This document shows positions 46,780 to 59,800 of a DNA stretch of 64,000 nucleotides, in pieces (positions within the stretch are counted from its first letter, which is position 1; each line of letters starts with the position of its first letter). Position numbers and translations under genes: made by a program. Below the pieces are notes generated by a model that worked only from the letters and a program-made list of their open reading frames with translations, ran no database searches and was not told the DNA's origin. The DNA lies in contig CM120648.1 of assembly GCA_051362555.1 (NCBI GenBank), positions 18,286,587 through 18,350,586 of the forward strand, written 5' to 3'. The DNA comes from Lingula anatina (Eukaryota > Animalia > Brachiopoda).

Positions 46780-47150
46780 AAACCTCACACCGAATACTTA
46801 AACTTCATTCCGAATTCGTAAACCTCACTCCGAATTCAAAAAGCTCACTCCGAATTCGCAAACCTCACTCCGAATTCGTAAACCTCACTCCGAATTCAAA
46901 AAGCTCACTCCGAATTCGTAAACCTCACTCCGAATTCAAAAAGCTCACTCCGAATTCGCAAACCTCACTCCGAATTCGTAAACCTCACTCCGAATTCAAA
47001 AAGCTCACTCCGAATTCGTAAACCTCACTCCGAATTCAAAAAGCTCACTCCGAATTCAAAAAGCTCACTTCAAAAAGCTCACTCCGAATTCAAAAAGCTC
47101 ACTCCGAATTCGCAAACCTCACTCCGAATTCAAAAAGCTCACTCCCAATT
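46780..47150 (+). repeat. 20-bp subterminal tandem repeat (left arm); mirror array at about 63279-63560
   Basis: aa(c/g)ctcactccgaattc(gta/gca/aaa) units; the right arm reads gaattcggagtgagg. Confidence 0.9.
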
Positions 47151-47627
47151 CCACTATGCCCATTCTCATCAAAGTTCTCTTCGAGAAATCTTATGAAACA
47201 GTAATTCGTCTGGGACAAATATTTTTTTTTTAGCTGGGCGCTTCCAGTGAAAGGTTCGAGAGAGTTTTAGCAAACAGTGCGAATTGTGTTACATTTTGGT
47301 TTGCGTGATACATACGGTACCTTACGAAAATAAACCAACAGTTTACGTCACAAGGTCAATTGACTTCTCCAGCTATTTTCAGTATTTTTCACAATTACAC
47401 ACACACACATACAGTTTTGTGCAGAGAAGGTGACATTACGGATACGCTTACTCCAAAAACGATTAAGTTGTCTGTCGTACAGTACACACACTCTCTCTCG
47501 CCAGGGACACAAATTGGGGGCAAGAAGCAATTTACAGGTTTACCATTATAAATAAAAGGACAAATTAAGTGACACTGCTCCCAATTTTCTCAACATAGGA
47601 TTGATACTACTAATAATCCATACATGT

Positions 47628-47885
47628 CAGGGGTGGATCCAGGATTATTTGAAGGGGGATCTGTTTTTTTTTTTTTTTTTTTTTTTGTTTTTTTTTTTTT
47701 TGGAATGACAGGCTGCACATGCATAGCTGCCCCCCCCCCCCCCTTATAGGGCGAACAGTGCTATTTGGTACGTTTTAGAACTATTATTCAAAATTCTAAT
47801 TTTAACATTGGTGTGATTTTTTTTTTACAGAATTCAAAAGGGGGGTCAAGACCCCCCTCACACGCCCCCCCCCCATCCACCACTG
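47628..47885. mobile_element. CAGGGG(C/T)GGATCC-type MITE; relative at about 56566-56866
   Basis: Both start caggggYggatccaggattatttga and end atcc(a/g)cc(a/g)ctg, sharing internal tttggtacg.tttagaacta...aaattctaattt. Confidence 0.55.
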
Positions 47886-48921
47886 CATGTTATTCATTCG
47901 AAATCGATTAATAAAGTGTAATTAATCTGATTAATTTCAATTATTAGATTATCTATGATCTTAGATGAATATTTCAGCTGCAAAAGAGTGAGGGGCTACT
48001 AATTACTATTATCAAGTATACTCGGTTATATAACAGGTACATGTGTAGGCCTACAGTATATGATAATACGGATTGTTTTGCCCATTTATAAATAATATAA
48101 GCCAATGTCGACACCCTGAAACATGTTATCTGTATTAAACATTCATTTCAAAATAATCATGTGAAAATGCTTGAAGTTGTAAATAATAAATAACGCACGT
48201 TTATTTACATACATGTACATGTAGTGCATAAATCTGTTCCTTCCAACGCTGTTTCAACTCGTAATTCTGTTCTCATATTCATAATACATGTATAATTCCT
48301 TAAAACGACACACACAAGAAAACACGTAAACATAATATATTTTAATTGTGACTTGCTGTTAAGTACATGTATGTTTATCCCTATTTTCTTCATTTCTTCT
48401 ATTTCCTTGAGCTTAAAAGGGTCATACGTCTACGGTCCGTGTATGGGGGGGCAAAGTGATTTCCATTTCGTCAGAAAATGAAAAAACGGCCGTTTTTCAT
48501 TTTCATTTTATGGAAATGGCCCAAATGTAATGGAAAATGAAGCTCAATTTTCGTTTTTCCATTTAAAATGAAAAATGGAAAAACGGAAATTGCCCTCGTT
48601 TTTTCATTTTTTCCAGATAATGCAAAATAAAAGATCGACCGATCCCTGACGTATTAGAAAATATAAATATCGACCGTTTTCGTGTTTTCCAATGATGAAA
48701 AGGTGGAATAGATTACAAAATACCTTTTTTTCACTGTCTGTGCAGAAATGAGAGAATCGAAAAGTGCTAGTTTTTCCGTTTTCGATTCAAATGGAAAAAC
48801 GAAAGTCAGTTCGTTTTTCTGATTTTCATTTTAGGGATGAAATGGAAAAACGGAAGTCAGTCCGTTTTTCTGATTTTCATTTAAGGGATGAAATGGAGAA
48901 AACGGAAGTATAGGCAGAAAA

Positions 48922-50591
48922 ATGGCTGCCATTGAAGGTTTTGTAGATATTATTAGAGATTTAGTTAAGAATTTCAAGACAAATGAGGAAATTTCGAGCA
49001 TTCTAAAGACCCAATACGGAGTCTTGAGAGGCGCATCTGTAAGGAGCATAAAGACAATATGTTCGAAGTACAATATTCGGAGGTCTTATGTAACTCCCAC
49101 AGAGGTCGTGGCAAATGAAGTCGCAAAAGCTATTGGGGAGGTAAGTAGCTATCTGTAAACGGTATTTGGCTGTGCGCATATTGCAATATCAATAAAACCC
49201 TTCCCAAACTGAAATTAGACAGCTGAAAACGGAGCTGCTGCTATAAAAGTACAGACAAATTCTATCTTATAAAGCTTATAAAGATGTAATGAGCTGACAT
49301 AAAGTTTCCCTTTAAGTCATAACAGAAACGGAGATGCATAACTAGTGCTTGCTTATTTTTTTTGCGCCCATGGGAATTCCACGCCGATTCAAAAATTCAA
49401 TTATTGCATCTGAAAAATCAAACTCACACTGGTCCTCTACCCACTGCTAATATTGGCCAATCAGTCTCCTTCATAGCGTTAATTCATATTTTAAGTTTAT
49501 TTAAAACATGCTGTTTTTTAAATGATATAATAGCGACGAACGTGTTTTATTTAAAGGTAGGAACTACCTATGGGCGTAAGATGATGACCGGTTATCTTCG
49601 GTCAAAGGGCATCAAAGCAGGGGAGACGCGAGTCGGGAAAGTCTTAAGAGAGGAAAACCCGAATCACCAAAGGCGACAGGTTCATCTCATGATTAAAAAT
49701 ATTCTGACTGATTCATATTGCATATCAATATAAGCGGTTACGCAAAATAAAGATTTCCAATTCATTTCACGCACTATATAGTGAAAAAATATTATCATTC
49801 ATTGGCACTAACTTGAAACTGCAATTAACATATGACATGAATAGCGTGATGTGCTCATTAGCTTTGTGATTCATATTTCAGGTCTCAAAAAACCTAAACC
49901 CAATACCATATCAGGCGGCTTATTTCAGACATAAAATGCATATAGACCAGAACGAAAAGCTGGTCATGTTTGGAGTGACCCATGTACTAGCGCGGGATGG
50001 CTTTAGTGGAAAAATCGTGTCCCACGCAACCATGGCCGTCAAAAACAATTTGACAATTTATGAAGAAGTTTACAAGTAAGTAGTGTTATATATTAAAGGT
50101 AAGATGATAACTCACTCTTATCAGTTTCCGTTACAAATGTCTCAATATTGTATTTCAAAAATTGATCACGAGACTTTTGTCCTACGTTTAAGTGATTGTT
50201 ACGCTTATGTTTGGTATGAATGCAATATTGAACTTTATATTACAGGCCTGCCGTTAAAATTTACGGAATATTTGACCAAGTCCGTGTGGACCATGGTAAA
50301 GAATTTTACTTAACCCTGTTCATGCAAGAAGAAAATGCTGATATTCGCATTAACCAAGAAAGGACGCCATATCTCCAAACGTCGTCTAAATATGTACGTT
50401 AAGTTAACGTTGTCTGCAACCCCTTCTTCCACTAGCAATACTAATTTCATTTAATTATTTATTTATTTTATTGAGAAGAATTGTTCGCTCAAGTGGAATT
50501 CAGCTGCCATAATTCTACAACTTAAAAAATAAAAGTAATGATTACCAGGTTTATCTGCTCTCTCTCTCACACACACAGACACACACACGCA

Positions 50592-50622
<31 letters not shown>

Positions 50623-51519
50623 CGGGTAAACGGACTAAAATTTAAACCGTTGTTACTGTCGCTGGCGGCGCAATCTCACGTTCTCTAAATCTCATGCCGC
50701 AGATTCCCGTCAAATCGGCCTTCTCTGAAATGCATTATATGCGACGAAAAGCTCTCATGTTGTGCTGTATTTTTTAAAATTTCAGAACCACACCATTGAG
50801 AGAATTTGGCCTGAGGTTAACAAAAGGGTAAATTACCCTTTTAAAAACGCCATGATTGAACTTGTCGAAACAGAAAAGATTTCTTTAGACAACAACGTAC
50901 ACAGATATTGCATGTCAACATTATTGGTCAGCTTGTGCAGCATCGGTGTGCAGCGAGTCGTCGATGCATGGAATGAGCACAGAATACCAGGTACATTGAA
51001 ATGGATCTTGATTTCTTCATATATTGTTAGTTTTGAGTTCAGTGGCGTCATTCAGGTCACATTTTTCAGCCAAATGTTTTGTTCTTAAAAAATAATTATT
51101 TCAATTGACACGTTTCGATTCAACATTTATCCTAATCGACACATTCACTGCGACAGATTTTTACTTCTATTATTGTACGGATTTATTTGTATATTTCCTT
51201 GTGTACTGCAGGTAAAGGCGTTCCCAATGAAATCGCTTCAAGGGAGGCATGGGCCCCTGTAGCTGACCCGCAGAGATTTCCGTCCAAGGAGGTTGCAGCG
51301 GAGAGATACCGTGCCAGCACTGGGACGACACTTAAAGAATTTTCCCACTTCGCAAGAGACCCATTTCCTTCTCCAACTGAGCGCGATGCAGTGCAGACTG
51401 CGTTCAATTCCTCTTTTCCAGACCTAAATCAACTATGTAACTCTGTCTGTTCCGGGCATTTCGTCCCGTTTCAGGATGCGCTATTGAAATTCATAGAGCT
51501 GACGGAACAACACAGTTAG
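48922..51519 (+). CDS. DDE integrase-core transposase (IS3EU type), 6 exons, 398 aa, ORF intact
   Basis: Exons 48922-49140, 49557-49679 (YGRKMMTGYL), 49882-50075 (HKMHIDQNEKL..DGFSGKI), 50246-50393 (DQVRVDHGKEF), 50786-50990 (NHTIERIWPEVN..WNEHRIP), 51212-51519; 1197 nt, phases consistent. Confidence 0.88.
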
Positions 51520-52333
51520 AGCTGTTTATGGCTATGAGGTTTTGTAGCTGTAATTACCTCTGAAAAAATCTTTTTTTGACCTGCTCTTTTTTGTGTGTGA
51601 GTGGTCAAATGTTGTCTTTCGGTAGCGGCCGGCCACAGAGAATCATGTGCTGGGATTATGTGGTCTGCAACGGTGACTCTTGGTACAGCCAATACTTACC
51701 CCAACTTCTGCAATGGACAGTTTTTATTGCGCGCATATGTGATAGATGCGTCCCCTTTGTCTTAGCATGCAGCTACCTAGGTTTGGAGTTGCTTTCTGTC
51801 TGGCGTTGCTTCCACTTCTCTTCCCGTCAGTTCCACCTCTGAGTTTCAGCTCACAATTCCCCTCATGCTTGTATATAGTCCACAATCTTTTCTTTTTGAG
51901 TCCAATGATTATACATCTATTTTTATAGCAATCATTAAGATGGCAGGTGGCTCACATCTCACGTGATGAATAGAGTTTTTAATGTTTACCTTTATTCAGG
52001 TTGGTGAGCCAGTTGACCGGTGTGAAGGGAATGGATGTCCGCCGTAATTCATGTCCGTAGGACATGTATTCTTAGGAATGGGAATGCATGTCCTGGCTCT
52101 CTTCCTTTCCTAGGAACACATGTCCTAGGACATAATTTCCTGGGATTTAACGTCCAGTGGACACCCATTATTTAGTATTCTAAGTCCTGCAGACAGGTAT
52201 CGATGTCCAAGTCGGACATATTTTACATTTATTGTTAGCCTAGACGTTTGGCACCACCGGTATATTTCAATCATCTGATCGTATGTAATTCGTTTTTAGC
52301 AAATCAAGCTAATGCTCATGTCATTATCAATGT

Positions 52334-52920
52334 ATGATTTTTGAGCTTCGTTTAAAACTTGCGTTCAATCTTATAAAATCGGGCATAATTGACAATGATT
52401 GGCAGGGAGCTTTCTTGATACCATTTGAGTCTGTCGAAGAAACTAAACTACAAGCAATGCAATACAGAATAATTCACAATGTGCTGTACACCAACTCCAA
52501 ACTGTTCGAAATGAAAATAGTTACTCGCCCAGGATGTATAAACTGCAATATGAAAGAAACAATAATACATCGTTTTGTGGAATGTGTACGCGCAAGAAAC
52601 TTTTGGATTGCATTTGAAAACTGGTGGAACACTCCGAATAATACCATTCAATTCAGAAAAAATGAAAAAAAAACTATAATGTTCGGGTGTTTGTCTAGCG
52701 ACCAGTGCGCAACTGAGCTTTAAATTTCTGTATTATTGTGGCTAAACAATTAATAAACAAAAATTCAGAAAATCCATTAGTATTTGATTTTGAACTCTTT
52801 CTGTATTTCCTCAGTCAGAAGAAGAAAATAGAAAAATACAGTGCTATAAAGACAGGAAAAGAAGATACATTTAATACAAAATGGAAACGCATTCCATTGC
52901 CCCCCAAAAAATTGATTTAG
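52334..52920 (+). mobile_element. 3' fragment of an L1/Tx1-like non-LTR retrotransposon (zf-RVT region)
   Basis: ETKLQAMQYRIIHNVLYTN..CINC..ETIIHRFVEC..FW, broken by a stop, ending ..F..KW. Confidence 0.7.
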
Positions 52921-53149
52921 TGATCTCTTTGTTGATGTTGTGTAGTCGACATATTTGGCGGTTTCATATGACTCAAGAACTTATAAGAGATAACTGAAGT
53001 GTGTAATATTTTATTGTAATTTTGTTCTCTTGCAAATGAATGCACTTCTTTCAAAATACCGAGTGTACTAAACAACGTATGGATTATACATGAAAATTCT
53101 CAAACACAAGCCTAAAAATTTCTGTACCGTTAGCTTACACCCAGTTCTT

Positions 53150-53419
53150 TAAGTAGCAAAATTGGACTTTGTGAGTAAAGTGAAGGATATCATTCTGGGA
53201 CCACAGGAAGCCCTAGACCTCGTCAGGACAAGACAGCAACCAACTTTGAGTCAACAGATACAGTCAGAAAACAACAGTTAGTGGGGGGGGGGGGGGGGGG
53301 GGATCTACCTGACATTTATAAGAAGGTCCTGGCCGCTGTACCACCTAGCGGTCAGTGAGTGTGAGCAACTACTCACATCAGTCTGATGAAGGCCTTCGAC
53401 CAGGTTGGCCGTAAGCTAA
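53150..53419 (+). mobile_element. Possible decayed Penelope-like element 3' end with a degenerate hammerhead core
   Basis: Fragmentary EAL..PTL..G..DLPDIY peptide resembling the GIY-YIG tail, followed by CTGATGA-aggcc..ggcc-GTAA at 53383-53414. Confidence 0.35.
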
Positions 53420-53751
53420 AGCCTAGGTCCCAACTACGTTTTGGACGCACGGTTTTTAGGTTCCTTGCGTCCGTCTAGGACGTAGCTATATCGCAGGGAG
53501 GGAATCAAGTAAAGCTTAGGTCCCAACCCGAACGTACGGGCTGCTACGTGTGGTCTACGGCCAAATAAATGGGGAAAACGTGGGAGTTCGTGCGTGAGGA
53601 GCACGTCCATCGTGAGACTTTTGGAGGACGCAAACAGCACGTAGAAACTTTTCGACATGCTCAACAGCCGCTACGTGCGATCTTGCTACGTCCTAGCCGG
53701 ACGCAAGGAACCTAAAAACCGTGCGTGGAAAACGTGGTTGGGACCTAGGCT
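53420..53751. mobile_element. PIF/Harbinger-type MITE
   Basis: TAA TSD (53417-53419 and 53752-53754); TIRs of about 65 bp, agcctaggtcccaac.acgttt....gcacggtttttaggttccttgcgtccg.ctaggacgtagc. Confidence 0.85.
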
Positions 53752-53842
53752 TAACGGTACAAAAATTTTAAGCTTGCGTTTGAGAATATTCATGTATGAA
53801 TGTCGTGGTAATTCAATTCTGGAACTAATAAATCTTGGAGAT

Positions 53843-56800
53843 TCAGTCTTCGAATATGGGCTTGAGTGCCTCGAGTATCGGCTCAAGGCCCCTGACCGGT
53901 ACAAAACTAGGGCTCGAAGCCCTACACTTCGGGCAGGCGTTCCTCTGATGGGTTGTTTGCCATCTTTCAATGCAGGCCTGGCAGGTTAATATGGTATTAC
54001 AACAGCTGCTGAAAACAGGAGTCCGGAGTACGCCTGAATTAAACAAAGTATAGGAAATGGTTAAGTGAAAAAAAAATTATTGGGAAAGCAGGTGCTGTAA
54101 CATAAAATAAAAGATCTTTAATCAAAAATTTATCTGAATCAATTATACTCAGCATCTTTGCTCTGAAGTTTCTCTATAAAATAGACTGCCCATTAAATAA
54201 TTAAACAATTGACTTTGTGCCTAGATTAAAAAGAGTTCACTTAGTTGTGCTAAAAGAGAGATATGTTTATACAAAAGTGTGTTGTCACGAATATTTAATT
54301 GTGTTGCCGAAATATAACCTACCCATGCAAATACTGCAGTCGAAAATGTCTCTGAAGTTATCGATCTGGGTGGGTGACAAGACCAGGATTTGTCTCCGTT
54401 TGGCGGTTAATTCTTCTATCAGAGTTTCAATATTGCGAAGTTTTCTAACTGGGTCTGTGTCCTCAAACCTTTCAAAGGCGGCGGTATGAGAGCGCCTAAA
54501 ATTAACATTATTTCAGTAACATTTACAGAGTTTCTCTGTCAGATGTGCCTTTGGCCTTAAAACAATCTTTCCACTTTTTTTCTTAGATCTCTATGTGTTT
54601 TTTGTGTTCCTAGTAAAATCTTTCAGTTTTTGGTACTGATATTGTGGCATTTTTCATTCCCTATTGTGTGCCTGTTGTTGTTTTAATGTTAAACGAGATA
54701 AATATATATAGTTCAATATATGTAGTTAAAGAAAATTAATCAAATCGACCACATATTCATATATGAGAAAAGCTTATACCTCCGCCCACTGGTTCGCGCT
54801 GCATTTAAAGCCAGGGCATCGCTCTTTGCTAAAATGTATATTTTTCTGGAGTTACACTTCCAGAATTCACTTGCTGGAAATAAAGATGAAAGTCTTACAA
54901 TCATGAACGTCACTTTTGAAGCGATTTATTTTACTTGTATTGTTATCGGTATTAAAAACTGACAAAAACTGACCGAAAATATTTGCTCAGAAAAGCTGAC
55001 TTTCATTTCATAACAAAGACGTGGGAAAGCATGGAAGACGGACGGCTAGAATTAAATTGATAGAATAAGAATTAGAGATAGAATGAGAGTGAAAATCTGT
55101 TTAAGTTTTTTGAATTTGGGCATTTTTTTCGCCCCTTATGCCTTTTCATGAGTTGCTTCATCTCATTAGGGTCGGACCGGCCTACCTCTTGTGGCTTCTG
55201 TATCAGTCAATTCGAACCCTGCCGAATCAGTGAGGACGTATTCTCCGGGTAAGTGACCCGTTTCTATCACCATCCTTAACACATCAGGTACGTTGCATGT
55301 ATCGGGCGTCATATTTATAGTAATCAGTGCCCCAGGGCTTAAAGATTTGCCGAAAACCACCCCCTGATAAATCTTCCTGTAAAGAGAAATCAGCTCTATT
55401 GATTTTTACTTTCAGAAAAGGGCTATGTCTATTATTTTATTATTTTAATGGAAGGCAATTGCAGTACATTCTTTTGTAAATCAATAAAGAAACACTTAAA
55501 GGGATAATAACTCTTCGTATGATATCTATATTTCACAGTAAAAACCTTGTGAATAACTCATAGAAATATAATATATTCTGTTTTACCAAAAAACAGCAGT
55601 TATAGCTTTTATTCTGATATCTGAACTTGTCTTTAGACCACGTGACCTCCATTGATGTCTATACTCTGTTAAAATCTCTTAAGAGATTTTAACAAAAAAC
55701 CAAACTTTTTAGAAAAAAACCAGGGACTAACTTTGAATGTAAAAATGGATTCATTAACCATTGGTAAGTATGGGAAAATTGTTGTTTACTCCAGGAAAAT
55801 TCATTTTTTGGCCGAAACGAAGAGTTATTATTGCTTTAATGAAATAGGAATGCAATTCATGCTGTCACCTGGCAAATGATGCACCCCCTACTCCTAAAGG
55901 AGAGTACGGGGGGTGTAGGAGTTGGTAAAATCAAACTACCGGCATTGCTGTTTACGGACTCCGGGGCATACCCCTGCAGGTTGAAGATAAAACCATTTAA
56001 ATTTTCCTCCGAAAATACCCCCTCTTCCGAAGGGAAGATTGCTTCATTGTCTGCATTTGTAACGTATAGGTCACTTTGTTGTTCGGGTGGAATCTGAAAA
56101 TATGTTGATGCATCATTTAATAAAAATAAACGAACAAACAGACAGACAGGGACGGACGGACGGACGGACGGACGAATGGATAGGTAGATAGATAGACTTA
56201 AATTATTAACACACTGTAATGATATTCTTTGTTTGATTTAGAGTGGAAATGTTTATTTTACATATCCATTTTTTACTCAGAATTAACAGGACAGACTCAC
56301 ACACGCACACGATACAACTTAACGTCCTTCTTTTTCTTTAACTCCGGTGTGGCTTGGAGATAGTGATCGCGGGAAATAAAAACAATGAAAAGTGAATAAA
56401 ACAGTGAATAAAACTTTATTTCATATTTCACTGATGCTGCAAGCTGAACGTCCGTAAAATCAATCTGTTTTATGTAAAAGAGAAAAAAAGTCGCCTTAGT
56501 GAGTCACGGGCATGGATCATGTTACTTTCCCCACCTTAAAATGATTTTTGTGCCCGATCAAAACCCAGGGGCGGATCCAGGATTATTTGAGGGGAAGGGA
56601 GAGGGTCCGGAACGACAGGTTTTGGATGCGAAGCTGACCATCGGCCCCTTGGTGTTAGGTTCGAGGCATGCTCAAGGGCCCCAAAATTATTTGGTGATTT
56701 CGAGAGCAAACAGTTCTCTTTGGTACGGTTTAGAACTATGATATAGCTATTACAAATTCTAATTTCGGAATATTGGTGTGAAATATTTTTCAGAAACCGA

Positions 56801-59800
56801 AGAAGGGGGGGGGGCCGGATCCCCTGCCCCCCCCCCCCCCCCCCCCCCCCCCCAAATCCGCCGCTGGTTTAAACCCGTTAGAAAAGGGCAATTCCCGTCA
56901 ACGCCTACGCAAAAATTCATGCGTTATCACTCCTATTGACGATTCTGATTTGTACTGTCTGTGCACAAACCCGCTTTTAAAGTTTTCAGTTACATTTCGG
57001 TCATCATTTTTACTCGTCTTAAAGTTTTATTGCAAATTTATTTTTTTAGTTATTACTAAAACCACCTTAAAAGATGAGTAAAAGAATTAATATATGTGTA
57101 AAATAATGCAATAAAAACAGTAATTAAAACGATTTTAAGAGCAGTCCCGCCAACACGTATTCTTTTGAGAGTCTGTTCTGATAGCTGGGGCTGTTTAACA
57201 AAAATAACAGCGTATCAACCAGTCCTGCCGGTGCATGCAGGCCCGGACCAGCATTCCGGATTCCCGACCCACTCAGACATAAAATCGGGTTCGTACCGTA
57301 AGAAACAATCCTCTGAAGCAACGACCCCTGGACTATGGAACGATTAAGCATAAAATGAGACAGCTGATGAGTTAAAAGGTTAAGATATGGTGTGTCAATG
57401 CTCATTACCCTGCGGTATAGTGATTCCACATTTCTAGATATAGTGTAACTAATTTTCGGAACATGCAAGGCTTCTAGGAGAGCAGAGGTATGAGATCCCG
57501 AAGATAAACCCATGAATCTTGTGACCTGTTTGTTTTATAATGTATTCAGGTCTTTTATATTTTTACGAGACATACAGATGGAGTTAGTTCCATAGGTTAT
57601 GACGGGGGAGACCAGTGCACCCCATATATACGATTTGGGTTTTGTGTCAAGACCCTTATAGCACACCCCATGCGACATTGCTCCATAATACGCCTTGGTT
57701 GCAGAACAAATTCTAGCAGCCGTGTGGTCATCCGCCGTGCAGTTGCTATTAAAGGTCATACCCAGAATATTTAAAGAGTCCGTCGTTTCCACAGGATATC
57801 GACCTAAGAACCACGAAGGGGGTGTTTTTAATAATACTTTTCCTACCGTCATACATTGTGATTTTTTGAGACTAAATTTCATTCTCCAGCGCAGGGAGAA
57901 GTCATAACAGATATTAATCAGCTCTTGAAGTCCAGTCACAGTTGTAGAAAAAATTGTTAAGTCATCAGCTTAAGTTATATTATTGTATAAGTTGTTTCTG
58001 ATTAAAACACCAGCTTTTGTAGAGGATAATTTCTTAAGCAGCTCGTCAATAAAAATGTTAAAAAGGATCGGGGATAAAATACTACCCTGCCTTGTTCCCC
58101 ACCTTACTGAAGCACTTAAACATTTATACAATTTATAAAGATATAACCAATGTGAATCGGGGAGGACATCAAACAGTTTATAGAATAGCCCGTTGTGCCA
58201 AATCATATCGAAGCATTTTTCGGCGTCGAGGCTGCACATATACAAAGGCGAGTCACCGTCTTTCACAGTGCACATAATATCATTTAAGGAGCTGCAAGCG
58301 ACACCCGTTCCTCTTCTTTCCTTAAACCCAAACTGGATGCCAGCAGTGGTATAGGCCACACTGGACTCGATAAGTTTCGAGTATGTAGTGCTGATAGTGA
58401 TTGGCCGGTAGTTCTCCGGATGGTTTGGGTTTAGACCAGGCTTTTTGAGTATGGGGATTAACACCCCCTCCGCAAAGGTGACTGGGACGATATTGTAACG
58501 AAGAATAGCAGTAAAAATACAAGCGAAAAGATCGCATAGCACGTCGCTTTTAGCAAAAGCAATATGTTCGGCAGTTACACTATCGATGCCTGGAGAACAA
58601 TTTCTTTTCAGGCGACTTATGCTTTCCATAACTTGTTTAGTAGTGACTCTTATTTTAGTTTGAGAACCAATTTACGATTTGTAGCTGAGGAAATATGAGC
58701 TTGCTCTGAGGTCAGGTCCTCACTGTCCGTCATAATCCTTTTGGCAAATTGAGCAGCAGTTAAGTTTGAGTTTGGCTTTATAGAGTTCCTTCTCCACAGC
58801 CTATTTTTATTCCTGGTATAAAATAGATTATTCATTTCATTAATTTCAGAATTAATTGTGTTTTGGGAATACGAACGACAGAAGTTTCTGAACAAATGTT
58901 TAGCGTTTTTATAGCAGTTATAAATTATGCCTTTCCGAGGGCGGCCATTTGACGTCCAGATATGCCACCAGAGCTTTTTCTTTTCTCGCAATTGACTCAG
59001 GTGTGGGCACCACCAATGCTTGAATGAGGATTTATTTTGTACTGAGCATCCAGCCTCTCTAGCTGCTTCATGGAAAATGTTGCTTAGGCCGGTCAGTGCA
59101 CCGTTGATCTCGTTTTCTATTTCATCGGGCTGTAGCGATTCAAACGTCTGCAACTTTACTGGCAACTTTACTAGTTTTTCATTTACTATCTTACAATATG
59201 CTGCATTATTAGAGCCATTGTTCCAGTTGAGGGTATGTTGTTTGAACGCACCAGTCCCGGGGGTTGTGGATCCATTAATTATCATTTTAATACACAGACG
59301 GAGGGGTAGGTGGTCAGATAAATTCCCCTGATCGGGGCCTATGATTTTACACGAGGCCACGTCTTCCATGCCTGACGCTGATACTAGAATGTGGTCTATC
59401 CATGAGTAAACATCTCTCGGGGTAGGGGTCATGCCGATACTCCCCCGCACCGTTACTCCCCCGCACCGTTACTCCCCCGCACTGTTACTCCCCCGCACCG
59501 ATACCCCCGGCATAATTACTCCCCCTATGCAATTTTGACGGAACTGAGGATCGAGTAACACAGTCATCCCTCCATTTAATTATACAGGTTAGGGTCAGTC
59601 TATGTAAGTGGATCAAAATCGATGACCCGTTTAAGTCCAAATTTTGCGGAGAATCTCATGTAGCCTACCACGCAAGTCCTTTATGCGAAATTTATAGTTC
59701 GCACGTATGTAAGCACGTACGGAGGATATTGAACATTTCCAATAGATTCTACGAATAATCTGCGAACAGCGAGACCGCAAGCGTGATTTGCTCCCTTTCT

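Noticed and set aside
46780-47150. 20-bp array as iterons, CRISPR or a standalone satellite
   Set aside because: It is mirrored in inverted orientation at 63279-63560 inside matching TIRs, so it is a transposon subterminal repeat.
48922-51519. Bacterial IS3 contamination or LTR-retrotransposon integrase
   Set aside because: The gene has five spliceosomal introns, TIRs with a 6-bp TSD, and no linked gag, protease or LTRs.
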